DNA of 57,449 nucleotides, taken from assembly GCA_963575745.1 (NCBI GenBank), contig CAUYUJ010000023.1, positions 62,001-119,449 on the forward strand, read 5' to 3'. Shown here piece after piece: positions 1 to 11,700 of this stretch. The notes beneath the pieces are model-generated. The model worked only from the letters and a program-made list of their open reading frames with translations, had not been told where the DNA came from and ran no database searches. How positions within the stretch are numbered: position 1 is the first letter of the stretch; the number at the start of each line of letters is the position of its first letter. The stretch is from Prorocentrum cordatum. Its lineage: Eukaryota. A program made the translations under genes and the position numbers.

Positions 1-84
1 TCCTTTTTCTCCTCCGTCTCCTCTCGTCAGCTTCCTCCATCTCCTTCTGCTCCTCACTCCTTCTTCTCTTCCACGTCCCCCTCC

Positions 85-316
85 ATGAGACCGCGCCCTC
101 GCGCGCGCGGAATGCGAGATTGCCGCGCCCACGTCCCACGAGGAAGCTCTACGAGTTCTCCGTTGCCTATGCCTCAGTGGCTCGGCAGTGTGATGATAAG
201 AGATGCCCTCTCTAGCTACCCTGTGCTCCGTTTGGGAGTCTTAGGGCTCAGCTGTCACAGCTGTCCGCGCCCTGACTCAAACTCAAAAACAGAGGTTGAC
301 GGTTTACCGCCGGCTC
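85..316. repeat. Dispersed repeat family A, copy 1
   Basis: Shares ATGARACCGC..TCGCGCGCGCGGAAYGCGAGATTGCCGCG and AGGTTGACGGTTTACCGCCGGCT with 2306-2428; both copies follow a pyrimidine-rich tract. Confidence 0.75.
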
Positions 317-986
317 CAAGTCTGAACCCAGCCTGCAATCATAGCCGCACTAAAAACTTTCCGGACTGTAAATGTCCCACGGGATGTTTCCTCAATTGAA
401 TCGAGCCACAGGCCAAATGCCGAGCTGAGATGCAGACGGATCGAGAAGAATTGCTCAAAAGCACGAGTCTAAAGTATCTAGACGCCTGATATTGGTCTAC
501 GACCATAGCTGCGACTCAATAATCATTTGCGTTCCTTCGTTTCATGACAGACGGTTGATCCCCGTTGAATTCGAAGCATAGGCAAACTAGAGAACTGGGG
601 CTCAACAAGAAATCATCAGACACAGTCGCCGACAGTTCGAGACGTCCGAGGTTGGTTTGCTTTCTGAGCTACAACTGAAGAGCTACTTGCACTCTGCAGT
701 TTTTTTTTGTGAGTATGCCGTGCCCCATCGGAGCTGTTGGCAAGATGCCGATCATATGTACACCAATCGTCTGAACTGCTGGGCAGTGCAAGTTGAAATC
801 ATTTAGATGGTGAGGCCAGTCTGCGATCATAACTGCGACTGAGATAGCAATGTTCTATTTATCGTGTGCGAGCTGCACGCGATCTATAGAGCTCGGACGC
901 AGACAGTTCGAATGGACATGATCACGAGCACTAGTCCAGTATCGGGGCGAGCTCGAGCTGCGGACAAGCAGGAGCTGTGAAGTAAC

Positions 987-1262
987 TTCTCCTCCTCCTT
1001 CTTCGCCGCCTCTCCCCCCTCCTCCTCCTCCTCTTCCTCCTTCCTCTCCTTCTTCTCCCTCTCATCTCTTCCTCCATCTCCTTCTCCTGACCCTCCCCCC
1101 CCCGCTCCCCCTTCTCTTCTTCCTTTTCCTCCTCCTGTCCCCTGCCTCCTCCTTCTCCTCCTCTCCTGCGTCTCCTCCTCCTCTTCCTCTTCCTTCTCCT
1201 CCTCCTCCTCCCCCTTCTCTTTCTCTTCCACCTTCTCCTCCTCTTTCTCTTGCTTCTCTTCC
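987..1262. repeat. Degenerate (CCT/CTT)n polypyrimidine tract
   Basis: Seen directly in the sequence. Confidence 0.9.
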
Positions 1263-1384
1263 ATTTTTACCTAACAGCTTGTGCTGATAGGTTTCTAGTA
1301 GGGTCAAGAGAGAGCATCATGACACTCCAGGGGGGTCCGGGCGGAAGCCGGCAGAAACCGGGAGAATCCGGCGGAGCTCATTTT

Positions 1385-1692
1385 GTGCGTGCAGGTACGC
1401 ACGGGGGCCACCTCGGCGCCATCGGAGGTGCGTTCCGTGCGTGCAGGCACGCACGGGAGCCACCTCGGCGCCATCGGAGGTGCGTTCCGTGCGTGCAGGT
1501 ACGCACGGGAGCCACCTCGGCGCCATCGGAGGTGCGTTCCGTGCGTGCAGGTACGCACGGGAACCACCTCGGCGCCATCGGAGAAGCGTTCCGTGCGCGC
1601 AGGTACGCACGGGAGCCACCTCGGCGCCATCGGAGGTGAGTTCCGTGGGTGCAGGTACGCACGGGAGCCACCTCGGCGCCATCGGAGGTGCG
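1385..1692. repeat. 52-bp tandem minisatellite, ~6 copies
   Basis: Unit GTGCGTGCAGGTACGCACGGGAGCCACCTCGGCGCCATCGGAGGTGCGTTCC starts at 1385, 1437, 1489, 1541, 1593 and 1645. Confidence 0.95.
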
Positions 1693-1955
1693 GCTGAGGC
1701 TGAGGCAGGCTGAGGCTGAGGCTGAGGCTGAGGCTGATGCAGGCTGAGGCTGATGCAGGCTGAGGCCGCAGGAGTATTCGGGAGCGCAGCAGGCTGAGGC
1801 TGAGGCAGGCTGAGGCTGAGGCTGACGCTGATGCAGGCTGAGGCTGAGGCAGGCTGAGGCCGAAGGGGTATGCGGGAGCGCAGCAGGCTGAGACTGACGC
1901 AGGCTGAGGCTGAGACTGAGGCTGATGCAGGCTGGGGCTGAGGCAGGCTGAGCTG
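1693..1955. repeat. Degenerate (GCTGAG)n hexamer repeat
   Basis: Seen directly; abuts the 52-bp array. Confidence 0.9.
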
Positions 1956-2305
1956 GCTTGTCCTGTGGAGCTCCAGTGTCACAGAAAATGCATCTGTAGC
2001 TTCCTCGTCGCATTAGGGGCTCCAGCGTCACCGAATTTGTCCTTTCACCGTCGCTGTCGTGCAACGGGAAGAATACTTCTATATATGCTCATACACATGG
2101 CTGTTAGGTTGCTTTGCTGGGATAATATCATCATCGTCATCCCCCTTCTCCCTCTTCACCCTTCCTCCTTCTCCTGCTCGTCAGCCTCTTCTTCCTGCTC
2201 CTCCCCCTCCTTCTCCTTCTTCTCCTCTTCCTCCTCCTCCTCCTCCTCCTCCTCCTCCTCTTCCTCCTCCTCCTCCTCCTCTTCCTCCTGTGAAGCACAT
2301 TTCTA

Positions 2306-2428
2306 TGAAACCGCACCTTCGCGCGCGCGGAACGCGAGATTGCCGCGTTCGCATGTCATTCGTGTTTATCGCGAGGACTTTCTACGAGTTCCTGGCGGCA
2401 ACCAAGGTTGACGGTTTACCGCCGGCTT
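2306..2428. repeat. Dispersed repeat family A, copy 2 (shorter middle)
   Basis: Matches both ends of 85-316. Confidence 0.75.
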
Positions 2429-2569
2429 CCGGTTGCTGCCAAGAAGCTCTGTTTACGCGTGGCGCTGTTCGGAACAGCTCAACCTCTGCTCTTAATGTTG
2501 AGATACAGTCGAACACAACATACGTACCCGGGCATGTTGCGAATCAGCGCGGCTGATCGTAACTGTCAC

Positions 2570-3570
2570 CATTTTTGCGTTCCTGATATTCGGGGGGAAG
2601 TCTTGAGCAGGAACCTTCTATGTGCGTGAACGGCGTGGCAGTTCCGAGTAGGAGGCCCTCCCCATGGGGTCCCCGCATCATGATAGAAGTCCGAACGTGT
2701 CATTTTAATCGTGTGCGTTCCGCCACTTTTGGGCTTATCCTTCCCGAATCTAGAGGATGGTTCAGGCGGGAGCGTTCTATGTGAGTGAGTGGCAAAAACG
2801 TCCCGAATGGTTGCCCTTCCCAATTGGGTCCGCACCTCATGTTACTTATCTGATCGTGCAATCCAATTCCCCCACCGTTAGTTCGGGTCACGTCAGGCTT
2901 GAATTTAGAGGAAGTGTAAAGCAGGACGCCATGCTACTAGTCCGGGTGGGTCTTCCAGATCTTATGACCGTCGCCACTTTTGGGTTTCCAACGCTTGAAT
3001 TTGGAGGAAGTCTCGAGCGGAACTTCGTCTGTGAGTGTATCGCGAGGAACCTCCTTATTTGGGTCCCCGCGTTATGTTATGAATTCGAGCGGGCCATCGA
3101 AATCTTGAGCCGTCGTCACTTTTGGGTTCCCCCGGCTTGAATTCACTGGAGGCGTCGAGCATGCGTCTCGTTTGTGAGTGAATCGCGAAGAAGTCCCAGC
3201 CAGGTCCCAGCATCATGTTATTCATCTTAGCGTGTCATCCACATCTGTTAGGAGTCATCACGTTTTGGCTCCGCAGGCCCGGGTCAGGATGTTTCGGGCG
3301 AAGGCCTCGTTTGTAAGTCCATCGCGAGGAAGTCTCGCGCGGGAGCCCCTCTTCTATGGGGTTCCCGCACTATATAAATAATCCAGGCGGGTCACCCAAA
3401 TCTGGTGACTGTCGTCATTTTTGGTCTCCAGACGCTTGAATCTGGAGGAATTCTGGAGCGGGAGCTTCGTTTGTGAGCGAATCGCGGGGAAGTCTCGAGC
3501 GGGAACCCCTCCCCACGGGGTCCCCACATCATGTTACAAGTCCGAGTGGATCATTCGAATCGTGCAAATG
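2570..3570. repeat. Old, degenerate tandem repeat of ~130-155 bp, ~7 units
   Basis: Recurrent CACTTTTGGG..GAATYTGGAGGAAGTCTCGAGCGG..GTGAGTGAATCGCG..GGGTCCCCGCA blocks at ~2570, 2724, 2974, 3117, 3259 and 3416. Confidence 0.7.
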
Positions 3571-4634
3571 GCATCTCTCTTGGCCTCGGGTAGCGGCTAC
3601 CCCGAGAGGAGAAGGAGGAGGAGGCGGCGGGTCAGGAGAAGAGGCAGCAGGAGCAGCCAGAGGAGGATACGTGCGCAGAGAAAAGGTTGGGCGGGACAGC
3701 AGCGGTGATGGCTTTCAGGCAAGGGCAAGTTATAGAAAGATTGTAGTACTGGATCTGACTGTCGGACCGTTTTTCGGTCGTTGTTGTTTTTGCGGAAGCT
3801 TCGCCTGATGACCGCTCAACGTTTGGATACGTATCCTTATCCTGTCGGTCTGCTTGAGTGATGGTTTTTGTGCTTGTCTGTATGTCACGACTGACTGTCA
3901 ATCGGTGTTCCTGTCCGCCAATCGCTCCGCCTCTCTACGCTCATGTTTGCCCAGGGTGGTGGTGGTGGCGGTGCGAAAGCCTCAACGCATGACAACACCA
4001 GTTGTGCTGAGTCTAACAGTGGTCTTGGTAATACAAAGAGTTCAAGACTGGTTGATATGATATGATGTTCCCTTCGCGTTTCGATGGAAGCAGCTGCCGA
4101 CCTCATGCACAACCTGTGCCAATGTGATCGCAATCTTTTCGGTGCGGCTCGACCCAGCATGTCTTAGAGTGCATCCATGGCGGAAAACCATCCGTGGCGG
4201 AATAACGATGAGGCCAACAGGTGTTTTATTTGATAACGTATTTTGGCCCAGGGTGCTGGCATTTGCACTGCCCATGAGCCCTCCGCAGTGAGCTTTGCTG
4301 GAACGTTTTGCTGGGACCGTATCTTTGTTCCACGCGATTGCTGGGTGCCGCTAGACGAGGGCACAGATGGTGTCATTGTCACGAACCCGCGCTGTATGTG
4401 TGTTGCCGCGATGCCTGGCACGATTCTCGTACATATCAGCGCTCGCGTCAGATGGTGCACCCAGGCTGGTCACGCAAGGGGAATCGACGAACGACACCTG
4501 CAGAGAGACACGGGCGGGGATGGGGAAGAGATGCTGGGAGTGGGAGATGGGGCAAGGCAGCGGTGGCAACGGGGATGCCAGGGTAGGGGTGGAGAGGGGG
4601 GGACGTATTCCTCGTGCGCACCTTGGCGCTTCAC

Positions 4635-4647
4635 AGCCATTTTGGCT
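4635..4647 (+). other. Dinoflagellate spliced-leader relic (13-nt match)
   Basis: AGCCATTTTGGCT is an exact substring of DinoSL (DCCGTAGCCATTTTGGCTCAAG). Confidence 0.5.
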
Positions 4648-5768
4648 ATCCGGGTGGCTTGCCCCCGCGTGCCGGGGCATGCGCCCGACCCCAGCCTGTC
4701 GGCGAGGCTTCTGCCATGACGACAACTACTTGCTGGTCGTTGAAAGTAGGTACTTTCGGATGCCCAGGTCCCAATCTGCTTCAAACGCCCTCCTACTTCA
4801 AGAGTCGATCTGCTTTTGCTGTGCTTCGTTATTCTCCGGGAGGGCCTAAATCCAATCTACTTTATCCGCTTTTCTACTTCGTGTGCTTACGTAACTCTTC
4901 CGACCGGTGTGTACCGGGCTGAGCAGTCGGCTTTGTGAAGTGCTGCTGCCGTTGCTGCTGCTCCCCCTCTTCCTCTCGCCCTCGTCGGGCGGGGGTAGGA
5001 CCGAAAAGGCATCGCTCCAGAACGTTCTCACAGCGCTCTGGAGAACTCTGGGACGGCCGCGGCGCTCGACACATCCTCCACAGCCGCCGGATTTCAGAGA
5101 TTTCCGATTTGTCCAGGTCCGATTTGTCCCGGTCCTGACTTCGTCTCCTCCTCATCCTTCTCCTCCTCCTCCTCCTCCTCCTCCTCCTCCTCCTCCTCCT
5201 CCTCCTCGCCCTTTTCCTCCTCCTCCTGCGGCACTGCGGGCAAAGCGGTTCTTGTCCGCCGCAGCCCGCGCCGCGCGCGCGCCCGAGCGCGCGGCGCGAC
5301 GCACGACCCCCTACCTCTGAGATCCTCTGGAGGGGCCTCTGGAGGGGGCCTCAAAGCGCCTCTGGAATCCTGGGCGACCCGCAGACAGGAGAGGGAGGAG
5401 CCTCAAGGGCCTCGGAGAAAGGAATGCGGGACCAGGATCCAGGAGCTAGAGGGCGCGCCTAGATTTGTACTAAGCCCGCCACCCCCCGACCACCACCTCC
5501 ATAGTGGAGTACGTACTCCTCCCCGCTCGAAAGACGCGGAGGTGGTGGTGGAGGGGGGGGGACAAATTGTATTATAGGGTTGTGGGTCCCCTCCCCCCAA
5601 CAGGTGAGAATCAATGCCAGCATGTAGCCCGAGGAAGGAACGGAGGGGGGACCCACAACTTACTGGGGGGGGGGGGCGCCCACGGGCCCAGGTGTCAGAA
5701 GTTGATGGGGATCTCTTCCCCCTCGCGGCCGCCAGCACCCCCAGGTCTGTTCCTGGGGGCTGGCACGC

Positions 5769-8700
5769 TCACCGCGAGGGGGTGATCACCAACCTGTACT
5801 CCGTGGGTTGGTGCTCGCCGTTGTGGTCGCTCGGGAGGCCGCCGTAGTTGCCGAAGCCCCCGCTGTTATCGCCCAGCTGTCCATCATAGTGCCACTTCTG
5901 TGCCTTTGTGTATGCGTCGGCGGTGGTCTGGAGTGTTTGCTCTATGGCCTGCGTCAGTGTCGTTGTCGTGGTGATGTCTGCAGGGCAGTTGCAGGCAGTG
6001 AATGCTGTGGTCGGGGTTGTGCTGCACGTCGTTGTGATGTATGCGTATTCCTGTAGCTGCAGGTGTCGGAGGCTGCTGTCCAAGATGATGGTAGGTGTGC
6101 GCGTCATCATCATCCGCTGTGCGGTCCGTAAGACGTGCCGCATGCTGTCGTTGTCTTGTCGTACCGCTCTGTGCTGCGTGGGTGTGAGATCCAGTCGTCC
6201 CCAAGGTGCCTCTTGCGTCCTGAGGTTGAGGTCGCGGTCGAAGGTCGTGAGGTCGGCGTCGATGATGCAGAAGGCAGCGTGGTCGTATGGTGTCGTGGCC
6301 GTGTCGGAAGCCGTTGGGTCAGGTTGGGGTGGGTGCTTGGTTGGCAGGTGGTGGAGTTCGATGGAGATGCTGTGTCTGTCTGCGGTGGCTTGGAGGGCGT
6401 CGGTCACCGCGCTGGTGTGGTCGTGGTTGGCGGTGAAGAGCAGTACGATGCTGGGCTTTCCTGTGATGTCGGTCATTCCCGTGTCTGCTCGGTTGGGTCC
6501 GCTGTCTTGTGTGGTGGGTGCGTCGGTGGGTAGTTGGGCTGGTATTGGTCGGTGGTCGTGGTCGGCGTGGGTTGGTGGTCCCAGTGCTGGCCCATGTAGC
6601 TGGATGGGTGGCCGCTCGGCGTAGTCTTCTGGAAGCCCAGCGTGTCGGTTGGATCGTCGTACGCGTCGGGTCTCCTCCTTGTGCGCGTCGATGTCTTCTG
6701 TTGGCGGCTTCGCTCCGAACTGCATCAGTGTGGCTGCACACTGGTGTGACGACTTGACGTGTTTGGTAAGTCTGTTCGCGGTGTAGAAGTACTTCAAGCA
6801 TACCTGGCAGGTGTCGCCGACGATGTAGTTGTCTATGGTGTGCTTGTCCTGGTGGACGGCGTAGACATGCTTGTTGTGTGCTGCTTTGGTCTTGAATGTA
6901 GCACCGCAATGGTAACACATAACTCTGGCTGGTGCTGGTGTCGTGGTTCCTGCTTGTCGGGGTAGTGGCAGCACTCCCAGTGCTGTTGCCGTTAGCGATA
7001 GGTCTGCCCGCAGCTGGTCCTGCGCTGCTCGGTCGGAGGATGAGTCTTGTGCGCGCTTGTAGGTGCTCGTAATAAAAGACTTGACCGTGTGCATGTCGTT
7101 GCGTGCAGCCTTGATGAAGTCGATGATGTCCTTGGGTGCGGTGGTGATGCGGGTGCCGTCGCAGTGCTGTCGGCATGTGTGGATGTCGTTGTTGATGGTT
7201 TGCGTCCAGGTGCCGTTGACTTCGATGTCGTAGTCAATGAGTGCCTGCGTTTCGTACGGGCATCCTTTTATGAGTCGCAAAAGTTCTCGCAGTCGTAGCC
7301 ATCGTAGTCGGTCTTCGAGGTTCGGTAGTTGAGCACGTGCCAGTATCTGCTCGTTGGTGATGTGCTTGTCCTTCATGGCCTTGTGCGTAATTCCTATTGC
7401 CTGTCGAGCCGCAGTGACGTAGGCTGTGTTGATCCTGTGGTAGTCCCGCGCTGTTGTGATGAGCCATGTCCCCGCGTTAAATAGCAGTCTTGAATAGCCG
7501 AAGGACTCGAGGTAGTGGATCTTAGTCTGGATGGAGATGGCTTGTCGTTGGAACAAGGTGCGTCGGAGTGGGCCTGTTGTCTCGCGTAGCGCGATGGTGC
7601 GTGCTGCCGTCTCCTGGCCCATGTCGTTCCTGTCGTTGAACATCGCGCCCAGCAGCTTGGTGCTTCTAGCGATGGTGACGCAGAGCCCCATGTCGGTGAT
7701 GCTGTGGTTGTCCCGTATCATGGTCCGTGTAGCTCTTTTGCCTGCGACGGTGTTGGGGTAGACGATGAAGCTGGACTTCTTGGTGTTGATCGGGAGGCCT
7801 CTTCGCAGTGTCGCGCGTATGAGATGTCCCCACATCTTGGTGATGAGTGCGTGGATCATGGTGCCGTCTGCCGTGGATGCAGCCGCCTTGACGTCGTCTA
7901 CGAAGGATGTAGAGGACAGTGTGGCGTTGTGGTCGCAAGCTCGGAGACATGGTGGGGCATGCGGTATGTCGAAAGTCGCTCCATCCTCGACGGCGTGGTC
8001 GTGGTAGTCTCGCGTGACGTCCGCCATGAGCATGTTGAATGTGAAGTCGGCTGTTGGTACGCCAGGGCGTGTACCAAGTCGTGGTGCTGCGTAGCTGCAC
8101 TGGTCGTCGATGTAGAACCAAGTCCCAGTGTGTGCCTCCGTGAGCATGTCGACAATGTGTTGGTTGTCCACGTGTTGGTTGACAATGCCGTTGTTGGTCA
8201 TGAGGGCCTCAATCGCGGGAAGCATGACATGTGGGATGTCGATGTGGGCGAGAAGGTCGTCCAGCTGCTCCTTGGTCTGGGTGAAGTTGTACACGAGCTG
8301 GTTGACCACCTTGTGGAAGGCTGCTTTCAAGTCTATCATGATGATGACCATGTCGTGCTTCACGTGGTAGGCGGTGTTGGATAGGAGCCGCATCGTCATG
8401 TGGTTGATGTCCGTGCTGTAGTGGTGTCGACCTCCCGTCTGAGTGGAGAAGAGCATCGTGGGGATGAGGTCCTTCATGCATTGTCTGATGTATCTGTAGT
8501 GGTGCTTGATGACGGTGTTGGCTAACGTGATTGACCGCTGGTTGTTCAGGTCCTCCTCGCTGCCCTTGCCCTTCCAGAAGTACGTCATCCTGGACCCCTT
8601 GAGAGCTACGCCCTCCCTGCAGAAGAGCGCCGCTTTGGTGATGATCGGATGCATGTGTCGGGCCATCTGCCGTGGGGCGATCTTGGAGAAGTCGTCGGAT

Positions 8701-11700
8701 ACACGATCTGGTCCTGGTGCGCGGTGAGGTCTCGCTTTGTGAAGGATGTCGGTGAGCTCGTAGATGCTGGCGAAGTTGTTGACGTGGCGCGTTCTCCTGG
8801 GCTGAGCTGGGTCGGTCCTGTCCTCCTTGGCGTTGTATCTGTTAACCACGTCCTGGGCGGAGAGGATGTCGGCTGCTTCGTTGTGTCCGAAGTGTCGTGT
8901 GGCTGCGTCGGCCTTGCTCGTGGAGCTGTCGAGGACAGTGCCGTCTGCTGCGTTCGTCATGGGGTATGCTTGCCGCTTACGTCTCTTGCGGCCGCCGAAT
9001 AGCAGGAGCTTCTTGGTGTACTTCCACTCGGTGTACGTGTCGCCAGTGCGCTTTGCATCCATTGCCTTTTGTGCTTGCTCTTCCAAGAACGCGTCGTAGT
9101 CCCTGCCGGTCATCTTGACGATTACTTTTCTCGTGGCGTCGATCCAGTGCCGTACGTGTTGTAAAAACCCATGATAGTCGGGGTTGTAAGGGAAATTCGC
9201 TGCAGCGTAGTTGAGCATGTAAGTCTCGCAGTAAGTAGTGTGGATCGCCTCGGGAGTCATCTGAAGGGTCGGGTCGTTGTGGATGTCGTTGATGAGCCTT
9301 TGGATTCTGCGCTTTGTCGTGCTAGCTGTCGCTCCATGTGTTGTTGCCTTACGGAGGAGCTTCATGAACTTCCGTCGGCTGAGGACAAAGTCGAGCGTGG
9401 TCTCTGAGATGTACTCCTGGTATTTCTTCTTCCCGCTTCTTTTGAACGCTGAGGTCGCTGCGTCCATGATGGTCAGCATGTACTGGTGGATGTGCTCATC
9501 GTATTCCGTCCCCCATGACGGTAAGACAGTAGCGTCCAGGTGCATCTTGAAGGTCTCGACGGCCTTCTCGTCATTGAGCTGGTGCTTGTCGATCTTCGGG
9601 AAGAGCTGCTTTGGCGCAGTGTGCCGCACGGTCCAGCAGGCTCGAGCTGTAACTGGCAGGTGATCCTCGCGGTGATGCTGCCCTTGTCGGTGTTTCTTCA
9701 TGGTCTCAATGTCGGCCAATGTCTTGACGTCGGTGATGTGGCTGATGAGCGTATCGTCCGCGATGATGTAGTCGATGCGATGCTTGTGCCCATATGCGTC
9801 TGTCCACGTGTGATGCTCGTCGCCGTTGGAGATCACGGTGTTGGCGATGACGTAGTGCCCTGCGGCTGCTATCTCGTGAAGTTCCTTGCCGTTGCTGTCC
9901 TCGGTCTGGGAGAGTCCAGCAGGTCCAACAGATGTCGACTGCACGCTTCCAAGTCGGCCGTTGGCGTCGGCGAGCATGAGGTTGGGTCTGTGCTGTTGTA
10001 CGAGCTTCTGTAGTCGCTGCCAAAAGTCTTGTCGTTCTTGGGGACCTTTCTTGCTGTGAGGAGCATGAAATACACAAATGGTGGTATTGATGCAGTCCGT
10101 AGTGACTTTGACGATGAGGATCCTTGGCTCACTGATGAGAACGTGGCAGTGTCTGGGCTCGAAGTGCTGTGGGCCGTCCTTGTTGTAGGCGTAGGGCTTC
10201 TCCACGTTGATCCATAGCTCACATCCAGCGTTGTAGTGGTCGTGCGGGCTGCTGATGATGAAGTATCCATTCCCAGTTGTTGTACGTCGTTCGTTGCGCG
10301 CCTCCTGAATGCCGATGATGTGGAGTCGCTTTTCTTGAAATTGTCGTCGAAGCAAGGGTCCCCGCCACTGGTGTGCAAGCCGAGCTGCCTTTGTGAACTT
10401 CTTCTGCTGCTGAGCGTCGGACTCTCTGACACTCTCGGCGTTGTAGGTTGCAATGGAGAGCTCGATCTTGGTTTCTTTGGCAGAGACCGTCTTAGGCGCC
10501 ATGAGGTGTCGAACACTAGCATTCCGAGTTGGTAATCCAAAGCGTAAGGTGGCACCTTCGCGTAGTGGGTAAGCTGCTCGATCGGGATGATCAGGCTGGA
10601 GGATCGACTCCCATTGGTAGTACTTTGTGTCCGCAATGATGTCTCTGAAGTTGTGCGGGATGGTGTCGTAGTCGTGGCCTCTCTCGTAGCGCTTGCGTGT
10701 CCTCTTTGAGATTCCGTCGGCGAGCTCGTTCCACGGCATGCCTTCGTGACTCGGGACGTGATGCAAGGTGATGTCGTTTTCGTTCTTGAGCGTGTCGAAG
10801 ATGACCTTCATGAATCTCGCAAGATGTTCGTCTGCTGATGCTGTGGCGCGTCCCATGCATATGTTGATGGCCGTCTCGCAGTCGGTGTGGATACAGATAG
10901 GTTGCGGCTCGGCGACGGCGATGGACCACATGAGAGCCTGCACGATGGCCATGATCTCGCCTGTGGTGTTGGTGGTGCTGCGGTCATTCAACTTCATGTT
11001 GTGGCTCTTGCTGACGATGCTGCTGAAGGCTCCTCTGAACGTGCGTTGGTCGTGTTCACCACCTTCTTGTAGTACCAAGAATGCCCATGAGCAGCAGTCT
11101 GGTCTCCTTGCGTTGTGGGAAGCGTCAGTGAAGATGTGCTTTGCGCTGTGGGCATTGTTGCCTTTCGTCGTATTGTTGAGCGCATATGTTGCTGCTGGGT
11201 GCAGGTCATCACCTTCGATGTTGGCGTTGAGAAAGGGGGCGGTCGTGGCCCGTATTCGTCTGATCAGTCCTCTGGTGTCCCCTAGGTCGCATGTGCAGTC
11301 GCCTGGTGGTTGCAGGCCGTGATATCTTGTGATGTCGAGATTGGCCTCGTGGTAAGATGGTTGCGGTTGTTGGGGCTGCTTGTCGGCGCTGGGATTGGGT
11401 GGTCGCTGTACTCGAAACGGTAACAATGCTGTCGCCTTCTGCTGTCGTCTGTGTGCAGCTTGTCCGTTGTGCGTTGTTGCATAAACTCCTGTTGGGCATC
11501 GAAAGGGGTGCATGGCTGTCTTTTGTCGTTGACGCCTTTCACCTGTGGCCACGTGGCAGTCTCTGTCGGGTGCTGCTGTGCCATGTCCAGCGCCCTGGGA
11601 TGCTGTCAGGACTACTGGTGGATGGCCGGTGGGCTGCTGTGTCGGAAGCGTGGTGGTATGTCTTGCTGAGGGTGGCGGTGGGCTGGGTTGCAGGGCTTGG

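Noticed and set aside
1385..1692. CRISPR-like palindromic repeat array
   Set aside because: Units are contiguous with no variable spacers.
3590..4310. Possible short exons (CCCAG|GGT acceptors at ~3955 and ~4251, CAG|GCAAG donor at ~3718)
   Set aside because: Splice-like words are present but the peptides are unrecognisable and no consistent gene model could be built.
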